Of a stretch of DNA of 64,000 nucleotides, positions 20,089-30,235 are shown one piece after another. Source of the DNA: Candidatus Eiseniibacteriota bacterium (GTDB lineage Bacteria; Eisenbacteria; RBG-16-71-46). Under the pieces are notes generated by a model. That model made no database searches. It saw only the letters and a program-made list of their open reading frames with translations, and was not told the origin of the DNA. How positions within the stretch are numbered: the first letter of the stretch is position 1; each line of letters starts with the position of its first letter. A program made the position numbers and the translations under genes. The stretch spans positions 256,001-320,000 of the forward strand of contig CAVQXP010000002.1 of assembly GCA_963717935.1 (NCBI GenBank), written 5' to 3'.

Positions 20089-22810
20089 TTGACGGACACG
20101 ACCACGCCCGCGACGCCCGCCCCCAGGGCGGGCCACCCGACCCCCTTGATCGGGTCTGCTCGTCTTCCTCGCGGCCCTGGGCGTGTACCTGCGCACGCTC
20201 GCGCCGACGGTCCCGTTCTGGGACGCCGGCGAGTTCATCACCGTTTCGAAGATCCTGGGCGTCCCGCACCCGCCGGGCACGCCCCTCTACGTCCTCCTTG
20301 GGCGCATCGCGACGCTGGTGCCGATCGGCAACATCGCCCAGCGCGTGAACGGGCTCTCGGCGCTGTCCTCGGCGCTGGCGGTGCTGCTGACCTACCTGAC
20401 CACGCTGCGGCTGATCCGCATCGCGCAGCGCGGAGGCGTGGCGGGCCCCGCCCCCGTGGCGGTCCCGGACGCGCTGGCGAAGTCGCCGGGCCTGCTGGCC
20501 ACGCTGGGCGCGGAGTGGCTGGCCCAGCTGGGGGCCGTCACGGCGGCCTTCATGCTCGCCTTCTCGAGCAACTTCTGGGACAACGCCACCGGGGCCGAGG
20601 TCTACTCGATGATGAGCCTGGCGCAGGTGCTGGTGCTCTGGCTGGCGCTGCGCTGGTGGGAGGCGCACGAGCGGCGGCCGACGGTGGGGCCGCTGCTCGT
20701 GGCCGTCTACGTGATGTGGCTGTCGGTGGGGTTGCACCTGGGTGTGGGGATGATGGGGCTGCCGCTGATCGTCCTGCTGCTGCTGGTGGACCGGAAGGTG
20801 TTCGTGCTGTTCGCCATGCCGATGGCCTCGGTGCTGGGCGTGACCTACGGTCTCGAGAAGATGGCGGGCATCGTCCTGACGCTCTCGATCCTGGTCTTCT
20901 GGTACTACGTCGGGCAGCGCAAGTTGCAGGCCTGGCTGGCGCTGGCGGCGACGGGCGGGGCGCTCTACGGCGCCTACTACGGCTTCGGGTCGGCCGCGTT
21001 CACGCCGCTGGCGATGCTGGTCTCGGTGGCGACGGTGGTGGTGCCGGTGGCGGCGCTGGCGCGGAGGCACCGCGAGGGGCGCATCCTGGCGCTGGCGCTG
21101 TTCCTGATGCTGGCGGGCTACTCGACCCACCTGTACCTGCCCATCCGCGCCGCGCAACAGCCGGCCATCAACATGGGCACTCCCTCCGACTGGCCGGCGC
21201 TGAAGCGCCTGCTCGAGCGCGAGCAGTACGGGCACAGCAGCATGTTCGTGCGGCGGGGCTCGCTGAGTTCGCAGCTGGACAAGGAGTTCTGGCGGTACTG
21301 GAAGCGGCAGTGGCCGCTGTCCAGCAACCTGAGGGTCGAGGGCGGGATCCCGGTGGAGGGCGAGCCGCGGCTCTGGCACGTGCTGCTGCCGCTGATGCTC
21401 GGCGGGTTGGGGGGCTTCTGGCAGGCGCGGCGGGAGCGGGTCACGTTCCTGACCATGCTGACGCTGTTCCTGTTCGCGACCGTGGGGATGATCCTGTTCC
21501 TGAACTTCAGCGATCACGAGGTGCGCGACCGCGATTACTTCTTCACGACCGGCTACCTCACGTACGCGATCTGGATGGGGCTGGGGCTGGTGGGGCTGGT
21601 GGGCTGGATCCGGGAGTCGTTCGAGCCGGGCAGGGGGCGGCGGGCGGCGACGGCGGTGGCGGCGGTGCTGCTGGCCGCGCAGCCGTTCGTGGTGATGCGC
21701 AACCTCTGGTTCAGCTCGGACAACAGCCGGAACACCGTGGCGCGGGACTACGCCTGGAACATCCTGGCGCCGCTGGCGCCGAACTCCTTCGTATTCACGA
21801 ACGGCGACAACGACACCTACCCGCTCTGGTACATCCAGCAGGTGGAGGGCTTCCGCAAGGACGTCCGGGTCGTGAACCTGAGCCTGCTCCAGACCGACTG
21901 GTACATCTTCCAGTTGCGCGATGACGAGCCGAAGGTGCCGGTGAACCTGCCCGACGACGTCATCCGCGTGCTCGGAGGCGGGGCGTTCCGGGACAGCTCG
22001 GGCCGCCTCATCTACACGAACGAGTTCATGGTGGGACACATCATCGAGCAGTCGCGGCGCGACGGGGGCTGGATCAAGCAGCCGTACTTCGCGGTGACGG
22101 CGCCCGAGCACTACGGCCTCGACCCCTATTTCTCGCTCGAGGGGCTGGTCTACCGGGTGAACCCGGACACGCTGCAGGGTGCGATCGACGTGCCGGCGAC
22201 CGAGCGCAACCTGTACCACCGGTTCCGCTACGACGGGCTGTTCAACCCCGACGGCTCCTGGGACCGCACCGCCTTCAAGGACGATAACGCTTCGACGCTC
22301 ACGCGCAACTACGCCTCGGCGCACATGCAGCTCGCGTTCCACTACCGGCGACAGGGCCAGCTCGATCGCGCCATCGTGGAGATGGAGCGGGTGCAGCGCA
22401 TGTTCCCGGATTACACCGACGTGCTGATTTGGCTGGGCGGCTTCTACATGGAGAAGGGCGACACGGCCGGGGCGGCGACGCTCTTCCGCTCCCTCGTGCA
22501 GCAGCAGCCCGACGATCCCGAGGTCCACTACTTCTACGGGGTCACGCTGGCCTTCCAGCGCGACGCGGCGGGGGCGTTGCGCGAGTTCGACACGGCGATC
22601 CAGCTGGACCCGGCCTACGCGCGGCCGTACTACGGCGCCTACTACACGCTGGGCCAGGCGGGGCAGGTCGAGCGGGCGCTGGGCTACCTGCAGCGGCTGG
22701 TGGAGGTGGACCCGGCGGAGCAGCAGGCGCAGGGTATCCTGCAGATGATGCGGCCCCAGGCGGTGCGGGACGCACCCATCCCGTCCCCGCAGTTCTCGGA
22801 GCAGCCCTGA
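20089..22810 (+). CDS. DUF2723/TMEM260-like GT-C transferase with C-terminal TPR, copy 2 (apparent +1 frameshift at ~20153)
   Basis: GGAGG then TTG at 20089, matching the copy-1 start (xTG ACG GAC); atc-gggt-ctg has one extra base; ORF 20183..22810 carries AEVY, GLHL, VVNLSLLQTDWY. Confidence 0.9.
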
Positions 22811-22817
22811 GAGGAGG

Positions 22818-23783
22818 ATGCCCATGGCCGAGTCGCACGCGTTGGTGACCGGAGCCGCAGGGTTCATCGGCTCCCACCTGGTCGAGCGCCTGCTCGCGAG
22901 CGGGACGCGGGTGACCGGCGTGGACGGCTTCACCGACTACTACGACCCGGCACTCAAGCGCGCGAACCTCGCCGGGCCGCTGGCGGATGGCCGCTTCCGC
23001 TTGCTCGAGCTGGACCTGGGCGAGGCCGACCTGGCCACACTGCCCGAGGTCGACGTCGTCTTCCACCTGGCCGCCCAGCCCGGTGTGCGCGCCTCGTGGG
23101 GAGCCGAGTTCGCCACCTACACTCACCACAACGTGCTCGCCACCCAGCGGGTGCTCGAGCGCTACCGCGGGAGCCGTCTCGAGCGCTTCGTCTACGCCTC
23201 GTCGTCGTCGGTCTACGGGGACGCCGAGCGCTATCCGACGCCCGAGGACCTGCTGCCGCGGCCGTTCTCGCCCTACGGCGTCACCAAGCTCGCGGGCGAG
23301 CACCTGGTGCTGCTCTACGGCCGCAACTTCGGTCTGCCGGGGGTGGCGCTGCGCTACTTCACGGTCTACGGTCCGCGCCAGCGCCCCGACATGGCCTTCC
23401 ATCGGTTCTGCCGCGCGATGCTGCGCGGCGAGCCCATCACGGTCTACGGCGACGGCTCGCAGTCCCGCGACTTCACCTTCGTCGCCGACGCCGTGGAGGC
23501 CACCTTCCTCGCCTGGGAGCGCGGCGGTGGCCCGGCGTCCTATAACGTCGGCGGGGGCTCCCAGGTCGAGGTCCGCGAGGCCGTCGCCCTGCTCGAGCGG
23601 CAGCTCGGGGTGAAGGCGCTCGTGCGCCACGAACCGACGCCTCCGGGCGATCCTCTCCGCACGCGCGCAGACTCGACCCGGCTGCAGGCGGCGCTGGGGA
23701 TGGTTCCCTCGGTCGGCATCGAACAGGGGCTCGCCGCCGAGGCCGAGTGGGCGCGCAGGCTCTACGGGGAGGGCCGTCGATGA
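22818..23783 (+). CDS. NAD-dependent nucleotide-sugar epimerase/dehydratase (UDP-hexose/uronate 4-epimerase-like)
   Basis: TGAAGFIG, HLAAQPGVR, ASSSSVYG, YGVTK, RYFTVYGPRQRPDMA. Confidence 0.9.
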   Translation: MPMAESHALVTGAAGFIGSHLVERLLASGTRVTGVDGFTDYYDPALKRANLAGPLADGRFRLLELDLGEADLATLPEVDVVFHLAAQPGVRASWGAEFATYTHHNVLATQRVLERYRGSRLERFVYASSSSVYGDAERYPTPEDLLPRPFSPYGVTKLAGEHLVLLYGRNFGLPGVALRYFTVYGPRQRPDMAFHRFCRAMLRGEPITVYGDGSQSRDFTFVADAVEATFLAWERGGGPASYNVGGGSQVEVREAVALLERQLGVKALVRHEPTPPGDPLRTRADSTRLQAALGMVPSVGIEQGLAAEAEWARRLYGEGRR

Positions 23784-24769
23784 GCCCGGTGGCGCCGATG
23801 ATGGCGGGCGGCGGCGACCCTGACGCGCGGGGGGGCCTCATCACGGTGGTGATCCCGGCCTGGAACGAGGCCGAGAGCCTGCCCGAGCTGCAGCGGGAGC
23901 TGGCCGCGGTCCTCGACGGCCTGGGCCGGCCCTGGGAGGTGCTCTACATCGACGACGGCTCGCGCGATGGCACGGACCAGGTCATCGAGCGGCTCGCCGC
24001 CGCCGACCCGCGGGTGCGTGGCGTCTCGTTCCGCGGCAACTACGGCAAGGCCGCCGCGCTGGCGACCGGTTTCCGGCTGGCCCGTGGCGAGTGGGTCGTG
24101 ACGCTGGACGCGGACCTGCAGGACGACCCGGTCGAGCTGCCGAAGCTGATCGAGGCGCTCGAGGGCGGGCTCGACCTGGTCTCGGGCTGGAAGCAGAAGC
24201 GGCAGGACCCGTTCACCAAGCGCTTTCCCTCGAAGGTCTACAACCTCGTGACCTCCTGGGTCGTGGGCCTGCGCCTGCACGACTTCAACTGCGGCTTCAA
24301 GCTCTACCGCCGCGAGGTGACCGAGGCGATCCAGGTCTACGGCGAGTTGCACCGCGTGCTGCCGGCGCTCGCGCACTGGCAGGGCTTCCGGGTGGGCGAG
24401 GTGCCGGTGCGGCACCGCGCGCGCCGGCACGGCCGCAGCAAGTTCGGGGTGGCGCGCTTCGCGAACGGCTTCCTCGACCTGACCTCGGCGGCCTTCATCT
24501 CGACCAGCGCGCTCAAGCCTCTGCACGTCTTCGGCCGCATCGGCGGACTGTTCCTGATCATCGGCAGCGGAATCTCGCTGTGGTTCCTGGGACAGTGGGC
24601 CGCCGGCACGCCGATGCGCACGCGCCCGCTCATGCTGTTTGCCGGCTGGTGCCTGCTCAGCGGCATCCAGTTCATCTTGATGGGCCTGCTGGGCGAGATG
24701 ATCGCCCACATGCGGTCGCACTCCGAGTATCCGGTGCGGCGGCGCTACAACCTGGACGATCCTGCATGA
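23780..24769 (+). CDS. GT2 polyprenol-phosphate glycosyltransferase (ArnC/DPM-like, two C-terminal TMs)
   Basis: VIPAWNE, IDDGSRD, NYGKAAAL, LDADLQDDP, HDFNCGFKLY, GELHR. Confidence 0.9.
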   Translation: MSPVAPMMAGGGDPDARGGLITVVIPAWNEAESLPELQRELAAVLDGLGRPWEVLYIDDGSRDGTDQVIERLAAADPRVRGVSFRGNYGKAAALATGFRLARGEWVVTLDADLQDDPVELPKLIEALEGGLDLVSGWKQKRQDPFTKRFPSKVYNLVTSWVVGLRLHDFNCGFKLYRREVTEAIQVYGELHRVLPALAHWQGFRVGEVPVRHRARRHGRSKFGVARFANGFLDLTSAAFISTSALKPLHVFGRIGGLFLIIGSGISLWFLGQWAAGTPMRTRPLMLFAGWCLLSGIQFILMGLLGEMIAHMRSHSEYPVRRRYNLDDPA

Positions 24770-25479
24770 GGGTCTTCATCCTCGCGGGCGGTCTCGGGAC
24801 CCGGCTCAAGCCGCGCTTCGGCGAACTGCCCAAGCCGCTGGCGCCCCTGGGTGGCAGGCCGTTCCTGGCACGCCAGCTCGAGTGGCTGGCCGCCGCGGGG
24901 GTGCGCGACGCCGTGCTGTGCACGGGCCATGGCGCGGAGGCGGTGCGCTCGGCGCTCGGCGACGGCGCGGCACTGGGCGTCGCGCTCCGGCACTCGGTGG
25001 AGGAGGAGCCGCTCGGCACGGGGGGGGCGCTGCAGCTGGCGGCGCGTTTCGTCACGGGGCCCTGCCTGGTGGCGAACGGCGACACGCTGGCCCCCTGCGA
25101 CCCCTGGGCGCTCGAGCGCGCGCGCTGGGAGAGCGGGGCGCTGGGCGCGGTGGCGCTCTTCCGCGTGGCGGACGCCGCGGGTCGCGGGCGCGTCGAGCTG
25201 GGGCCCGGCGGCGGGATCGCGCGCTTCGTCGAGAAGGACCCGGCGCACGCCGGGGCGGCGTGGGTCAACGGCGGGCTCTACGCCTTCGCGCCCGAGATGT
25301 GGCGGCGCATGCCCCGCCCGCCGGGCGGACGGACGGTCACGGCGTTCTCGCTCGAGCGCGAGGTGCTGCCGGCACTCGCCGCCGAGGGGCGGCTGGCGGC
25401 GCTCCCGGTCGAGGGGGAGTTCTTCGACATCGGCACGCCCGAGGGCTGGGAGCGGGCGGAGCGGAGGTTCGGCTCGTGA
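24766..25479 (+). CDS. Sugar-phosphate nucleotidyltransferase, probably heptose-1-P guanylyltransferase (HddC-like)
   Basis: LAGGLGTRL..LPKPL, EPLGTGGAL, NGDT, FSLEREVLP, FFDIGTPE; adjacent to an HddA-like kinase. Confidence 0.82.
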   Translation: MRVFILAGGLGTRLKPRFGELPKPLAPLGGRPFLARQLEWLAAAGVRDAVLCTGHGAEAVRSALGDGAALGVALRHSVEEEPLGTGGALQLAARFVTGPCLVANGDTLAPCDPWALERARWESGALGAVALFRVADAAGRGRVELGPGGGIARFVEKDPAHAGAAWVNGGLYAFAPEMWRRMPRPPGGRTVTAFSLEREVLPALAAEGRLAALPVEGEFFDIGTPEGWERAERRFGS

Positions 25480-26501
25480 GGACCGCTTCCTATTTCCGCG
25501 CGCGTGCGCCGCTCCGGATCTCGTTGTGCGGCGGTGGCACCGACGTCTCGCCCTATCCCGAGGAGCACGGTGGCATGGTGCTCTCGGCCACCATCAACCA
25601 GTACGCCTACGCCTCGTTGCGCCCGCGGCGGGACTCGCGGCTGACGCTCGCGAGCCTCGACTACGACGTGGTGGCCCGCTACGACCACCCGCGCCGCATG
25701 AAGCTCGACGGCAACCTGGACCTCATCAAGGCGGTGGTGCGCGCCTTCAAAGTGCGCCGGGGCGCCGGCCTCTGGGTCCACTCGGACGCGCCTCCCGGCT
25801 CGGGGCTGGGCTCCTCCTCGACGCTGGTGGTGGCCCTGATCGGCGTGATGAGCGAGTGGCTCGGGCGGCCCATGCCCGGCTACGAGGTGGCCGAGCTGGC
25901 GTACCGCATCGAGCGCGTGGATCTGGGGCTCGCGGGCGGGCGGCAGGACCAGTACGCATCGGCCTTCGGAGGTTTCAACTTCATCGAGTTCAACGCCGAC
26001 GGCACGGTGGTGAACCCGCTGCGCATCCGCACCGACGTCCTGAACGAGCTCGAGTACCGCCTTCTGCTCTGCTACATGGGGCAGACCCGCCAGTCGGCGA
26101 AGATCATCGAGCGCCAGACCGCGGCCTACCGCGCGGGCCAGGCGTCCGTGGTGGAGGCGCTGCACCGGCTCAAGAGCGAGACGCTCGAGATGAAGAAGGC
26201 CCTGCTGCTCGGCAAGGTGGACGCGCTGGGCGAGCTGCTCCACCAGGCGTGGGAGTCCAAGAAGCGGCTGGACGAGGGCATCTCGAACGACCATGTGGAC
26301 GAACTCTACCGGCTCGCGCGTCGCGAGGGCGCCATCGGCGGCAAGATGCCGGGTGCGGGTGGCGGTGGCTACTTCCTGCTGCTCACGCGCTTCGACCGCA
26401 AGCACCGCGTGGCGGCGGTGCTGGAGAAGCACGGCGGCCAGGTGGTGCCCTTCCAGTTCGAGCGCCGCGGCCTCGTGACCTGGGCCTCGGGCGCGCGCTG
26501 A
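25476..26501 (+). CDS. hddA: GHMP kinase, D-glycero-alpha-D-manno-heptose-7-P kinase-like
   Basis: RAPLRISLCGGGTD, PPGSGLGSSS, GGRQDQYASAFGGFNFIEF, GGKMPGAGGGGY. Confidence 0.85.
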   Translation: MRTASYFRARAPLRISLCGGGTDVSPYPEEHGGMVLSATINQYAYASLRPRRDSRLTLASLDYDVVARYDHPRRMKLDGNLDLIKAVVRAFKVRRGAGLWVHSDAPPGSGLGSSSTLVVALIGVMSEWLGRPMPGYEVAELAYRIERVDLGLAGGRQDQYASAFGGFNFIEFNADGTVVNPLRIRTDVLNELEYRLLLCYMGQTRQSAKIIERQTAAYRAGQASVVEALHRLKSETLEMKKALLLGKVDALGELLHQAWESKKRLDEGISNDHVDELYRLARREGAIGGKMPGAGGGGYFLLLTRFDRKHRVAAVLEKHGGQVVPFQFERRGLVTWASGAR

Positions 26502-26543
26502 GCGGGCCCCGGGCGACCGCTCATGACCAGGGAGACGACGCCC

Positions 26544-27689
26544 ATGCGCATCGCGCTGGTGGGACCGCTGGCACCCTGGCGCGGGGGGCTGGCGCAATAC
26601 CTCGCTCTGCTGGGCGAGGCGCTGGCGAAGAGCGCCGAGGTGCGCGGCGTGACCTTCACCCGCCAGTACCCGGGCCTGCTCTTCCCCGGCGGTTCCCAGC
26701 TCGACCCCGCGGCGGAGCGCCCCGGTTTCCCGGTCGAGTCCCTGCTCGACTCGATCGGGCCGCTCTCCTGGCGCCGCACCGCGGCGCACCTGGAGCGTTT
26801 CGCCCCCGGGGCCGTCATCCTCAAGTGGTGGATGCCCTTCTTCGCCCCGGCCTTCGCCTCGGCCGTGGGGTCTTTGCGCAGACGTGGCACGCGCGTGGTG
26901 CTGGTGTGCGACAATCTGGTCCCGCACGAGCACCGGCCCTTCGATCGGGAGCTGACCCGCTGGATGCTGCGCAACTCGGACGGGTACCTCGTCATGTCGG
27001 AGAGCGTGGAGCGTGACCTCTCCTCGCTCAAGCCCGGCGCGCCCCTGCGCCGCGTGCCGCACCCGCTCTACGCCCAGTTCGACCGTGGGCGCTTCACCCG
27101 CGCGAGTGCGCGTGCCCGGCTCGGCCTGGACGCGGACGGCGAGATCGCGCTGTTCTTCGGCTACGTGCGCCGCTACAAGGGGCTCGACACCCTGCTCGAG
27201 GCGTGGCCGCGGGTGCGTGCGCGCCGGCCCGTCACTCTGGTCGTGGCCGGTGATTTCTACGAGGACGCCGCGCCCTACCGTGCGCAGGTCGCGATGGCGG
27301 GGGAGGGCGTGGTGCGCCTGAGGGAAGGCTACCAGTCCGACGAAGACGTCGAGGCGCTGTTCAAGGCCGCCGACGTGGTGGTGCTGCCCTACCGCACGGC
27401 CACGCAGAGTGGCGTGACCCACGTGGCGTACGCGATGGGCGTGCCGGTGATCACCACCGACGTGGGCGGCCTGGCCGAGACCGTGCGCCCCGGCGAGACC
27501 GGGCTCGTGGTGCCGCCCGCGGACCCGGTCGCGCTCGCCGCGGCGATCGTGCGCTTCTTCGAGGAGGGACTGGCCCCGCGGATGCGCGAGGGCGTGCGCG
27601 CGCTGCGGGCGGCGCACTCGTGGGACGTGCTGGCGGAGCATGCGATCGAGCTGGTGGACGGGCTCGCGCCCACGCGGGGCTGGCGGTGA
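26544..27689 (+). CDS. GT4 glycosyltransferase
   Basis: PWRGGLAQY, WWMPFF, FFGYVRRYKGL, LPYRTATQSGV, TDVGGLAE. Confidence 0.9.
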   Translation: MRIALVGPLAPWRGGLAQYLALLGEALAKSAEVRGVTFTRQYPGLLFPGGSQLDPAAERPGFPVESLLDSIGPLSWRRTAAHLERFAPGAVILKWWMPFFAPAFASAVGSLRRRGTRVVLVCDNLVPHEHRPFDRELTRWMLRNSDGYLVMSESVERDLSSLKPGAPLRRVPHPLYAQFDRGRFTRASARARLGLDADGEIALFFGYVRRYKGLDTLLEAWPRVRARRPVTLVVAGDFYEDAAPYRAQVAMAGEGVVRLREGYQSDEDVEALFKAADVVVLPYRTATQSGVTHVAYAMGVPVITTDVGGLAETVRPGETGLVVPPADPVALAAAIVRFFEEGLAPRMREGVRALRAAHSWDVLAEHAIELVDGLAPTRGWR

Positions 27690-29290
27690 GGCCGGCGCCC
27701 TCGGCCCGCCGGGGCTCGGCCGGCCGCACCGCCCTGGCGCTCGCGGTCACCGCGTTCCTGGTCTACGCCCTGACGGGAGGTGGGCGCGTAGTGGGCAGCG
27801 ACGAGGTCACCATGCTCGAGCTCTCTCGCGCCATGCTGCGCGGCGGCATCGTGGTGCCCGAGGGCTCGACCATCCCGGGGCCGGACGGGCGTCTCTACAC
27901 CAAGAACACCGCCGGCCAGGCGGTGCTCGCGCTGCCGCTGGTCGCGCTCTCCGAGACCGGGGCCGCCGCACTCGGGCTCGACCCCGCGAAGCGGGCGCTG
28001 GCCGTGCGCTTCGGCGCATCCTTCTTCGACGCCCTCGTGACCGCCCTGCTGCTCGGCGTGTTCTACGCGGGGGCGCGCGCCCTCGGCGCCGGGGGGGGCG
28101 CCGCGCTCGCGGGCGCGGCGCTGCTCGGCTTCACCACGCCCACGTGGATCTATGCCAAGAGTTTCATGGCCGAGCCCCTCCAGTCGCTCGGCCTGCTGCT
28201 CGTGCTGGTCGCCGCGGCGCTCCTGCCGGCGGCGCGGCCGCAGGCGCGCGGCCGGCTCGGATTCGTGGCCGGGCTCGGGGCGCTGATCGCGGTCTCGGCC
28301 AAGGTCACCATGCTGCCGCTGGCGCTGGCCTGCCTGGTGCCGCTGATCGGCGCGCCGCCCGGGACGTGGGTGGGGCCCGCGCTGGGGCTGGCGCTCGCGC
28401 TCGCCGGGCACGCGGCCTACGGCTGGGCGCGCTTCGGCACGCCCTTCGAGACCGGCTACGGCGCGCAGGCCTCACCCGCCGCCTTCAGCACGCCCGCGCT
28501 GGTCGGGCTCTACGGCCTGCTGCTCTCCTCGGGCAAGGGCGTGGCCTGGTTCGCCCCGGCGGTCTGGCTCGCCCCGGCCGGCTGGTGGACCGCGACGCGG
28601 CGGACCACCGCGCTGCGCGCAGCGGTGCCCGGCGGCAACCGGGCGCGCTGGAGCGAGCTGACTCCCGCCGGGCGGGCCGCGTGGGGCACGCTCGCGCTCT
28701 GGGCGGTCGGGCTGGCGATGTACTGCCGTTTCCAGCACTGGGCCGGCGACGGCTCCTTCGGGCCGCGCTACCTGGTGCCACTGCTGCCGCCGGCGTTCCT
28801 GCTGGTGGCCTTCGCGCTGCACCGCGCCTCGCGCGCACTGCGCCGCACCGCGCTCGCGCTCGGGATCCTCGGCCTGCTCGTCACGCTGGGGGGCGTGGGC
28901 GTCTACTTCGGCGCCCAGATGCGCGAGGCCGGCGACTACCCCTACACGCTGCCGCTCGAGGACCCGCGTTTCATGAGCGAGAGCCACTTCAATCCGCGCT
29001 ACAGCCCCATCGCGGGGCACTGGGCGATGCTGGCGCGCAACCTGGGCGAGCACCTCCGGGGCGCGATGCCGCGCATCTCGGGCACGGTCGCTCCCGACGC
29101 GCGGCTCGGCCTGAGCCCGGCGGACCAGGCCGCGCTGCTGCATGGGCTCGACTTCTGGTGGCTCTATGCGCTCTACGCCGGCACCCCCGCGCGGCCCGTG
29201 CTGGCGGGACTGCTGCTGCTGCTCGCGCTGACCGGGCTCACGCTGGCCTGGCTGCTCGCGGCCTGGCGCGCAGAGGCGCGCGCCGGATGA
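27686..29290 (+). CDS. Polytopic membrane protein, probable GT-C (lipid-carrier-dependent) glycosyltransferase
   Basis: SDE motif after TM1, ARFGTPFETGY, GLLLSSGKG, WAGDGSFGPRYLVP; about 11 TM segments. Confidence 0.65.
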   Translation: MRPAPSARRGSAGRTALALAVTAFLVYALTGGGRVVGSDEVTMLELSRAMLRGGIVVPEGSTIPGPDGRLYTKNTAGQAVLALPLVALSETGAAALGLDPAKRALAVRFGASFFDALVTALLLGVFYAGARALGAGGGAALAGAALLGFTTPTWIYAKSFMAEPLQSLGLLLVLVAAALLPAARPQARGRLGFVAGLGALIAVSAKVTMLPLALACLVPLIGAPPGTWVGPALGLALALAGHAAYGWARFGTPFETGYGAQASPAAFSTPALVGLYGLLLSSGKGVAWFAPAVWLAPAGWWTATRRTTALRAAVPGGNRARWSELTPAGRAAWGTLALWAVGLAMYCRFQHWAGDGSFGPRYLVPLLPPAFLLVAFALHRASRALRRTALALGILGLLVTLGGVGVYFGAQMREAGDYPYTLPLEDPRFMSESHFNPRYSPIAGHWAMLARNLGEHLRGAMPRISGTVAPDARLGLSPADQAALLHGLDFWWLYALYAGTPARPVLAGLLLLLALTGLTLAWLLAAWRAEARAG

Positions 29291-30195
29291 GGACGCTGGC
29301 GGTCGTGGTGCCCAACTGGAACGGACTCGAGGACACCCGCGCGCTGCTCCCCACGCTGGCGCACTGTCGCCTGCCCGACGGCTGGCGCCTGCACGTGCTC
29401 GTCGTGGACAACGGCTCGAGTGATGGCTCCGCGGCGGCGATCGGGCGCGAGTTCCCCGGCGTCGAGGTGCTGGCGCTGCCCGGGAACCGGCGCTTCGCCG
29501 GGGGCTGCAACGCCGGGCTCGAGCGCGCGCTCGGGCAGGGGGCCGACGCGGTGATGCTGCTCAACAACGACACCGAGGCGGAGCCGGGACTCTGTGAACG
29601 ACTGCTGCTCGCGCTCGAGCAGGACCCGCGCGCCGGCGCCGCGGCGCCGCTGATCTGCTTCCAGCAGCCGCCCGACGTGATCTGGTACGCGGGGGGACGC
29701 TGCGCGCCGGCGCTCGGGCTCGCGGCACACCGGGGGCTGAGGCAGCGCGACCGCGGGCAGTATCGCGCGGTCGAGCCGACCGGCTACCTCACCGGTTGCT
29801 GCCTGCTCGCCACGCGCGCGGCCTGGGAGCGGGTGGGGCTCCTGGACGAGCGCTACTTCATCTACGCCGAGGACGCGGACTGGTGCCTGCGGGCACGGGC
29901 GGCCGGCTTCCGCCTGCTCTTCGTCCCGGCCGCGCGGCTCCGGCACAAGGTCTCGGCCAGCTCCGGGGCGGCGAGCCCCTGGAAGATCTACCAGCGCCTG
30001 CGCGCGAATCTGACGCTGTTCGCGCGCCACGCGCGGGGCGTGGGCCGCGTGACCTGGTTGCCCTGCTTCCTGGTGCAGCAGGGCGCGCTGTGGCTGTGGC
30101 TGCTGATGCGTGGGCGGAGCGCGGCCGCCGCCGCGGTGCCGCGCGCGTTGTGGGACGCGATGCGCGGCCGGCCGCCCGAGGAGTGGGAGCCATGA
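29287..30195 (+). CDS. GT2 glycosyltransferase (WbbL/rhamnosyltransferase-like)
   Basis: VVPNWNG, VDNGSSDGS, FAGGCN, LLNNDT, TGCCLL, DERYFIYAEDADWCLR. Confidence 0.9.
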   Translation: MRTLAVVVPNWNGLEDTRALLPTLAHCRLPDGWRLHVLVVDNGSSDGSAAAIGREFPGVEVLALPGNRRFAGGCNAGLERALGQGADAVMLLNNDTEAEPGLCERLLLALEQDPRAGAAAPLICFQQPPDVIWYAGGRCAPALGLAAHRGLRQRDRGQYRAVEPTGYLTGCCLLATRAAWERVGLLDERYFIYAEDADWCLRARAAGFRLLFVPAARLRHKVSASSGAASPWKIYQRLRANLTLFARHARGVGRVTWLPCFLVQQGALWLWLLMRGRSAAAAAVPRALWDAMRGRPPEEWEP

Positions 30196-30235
30196 GGACC
30201 TGGACGATCCGGCGCGTGCCGTGGCGGGGGGGCGG

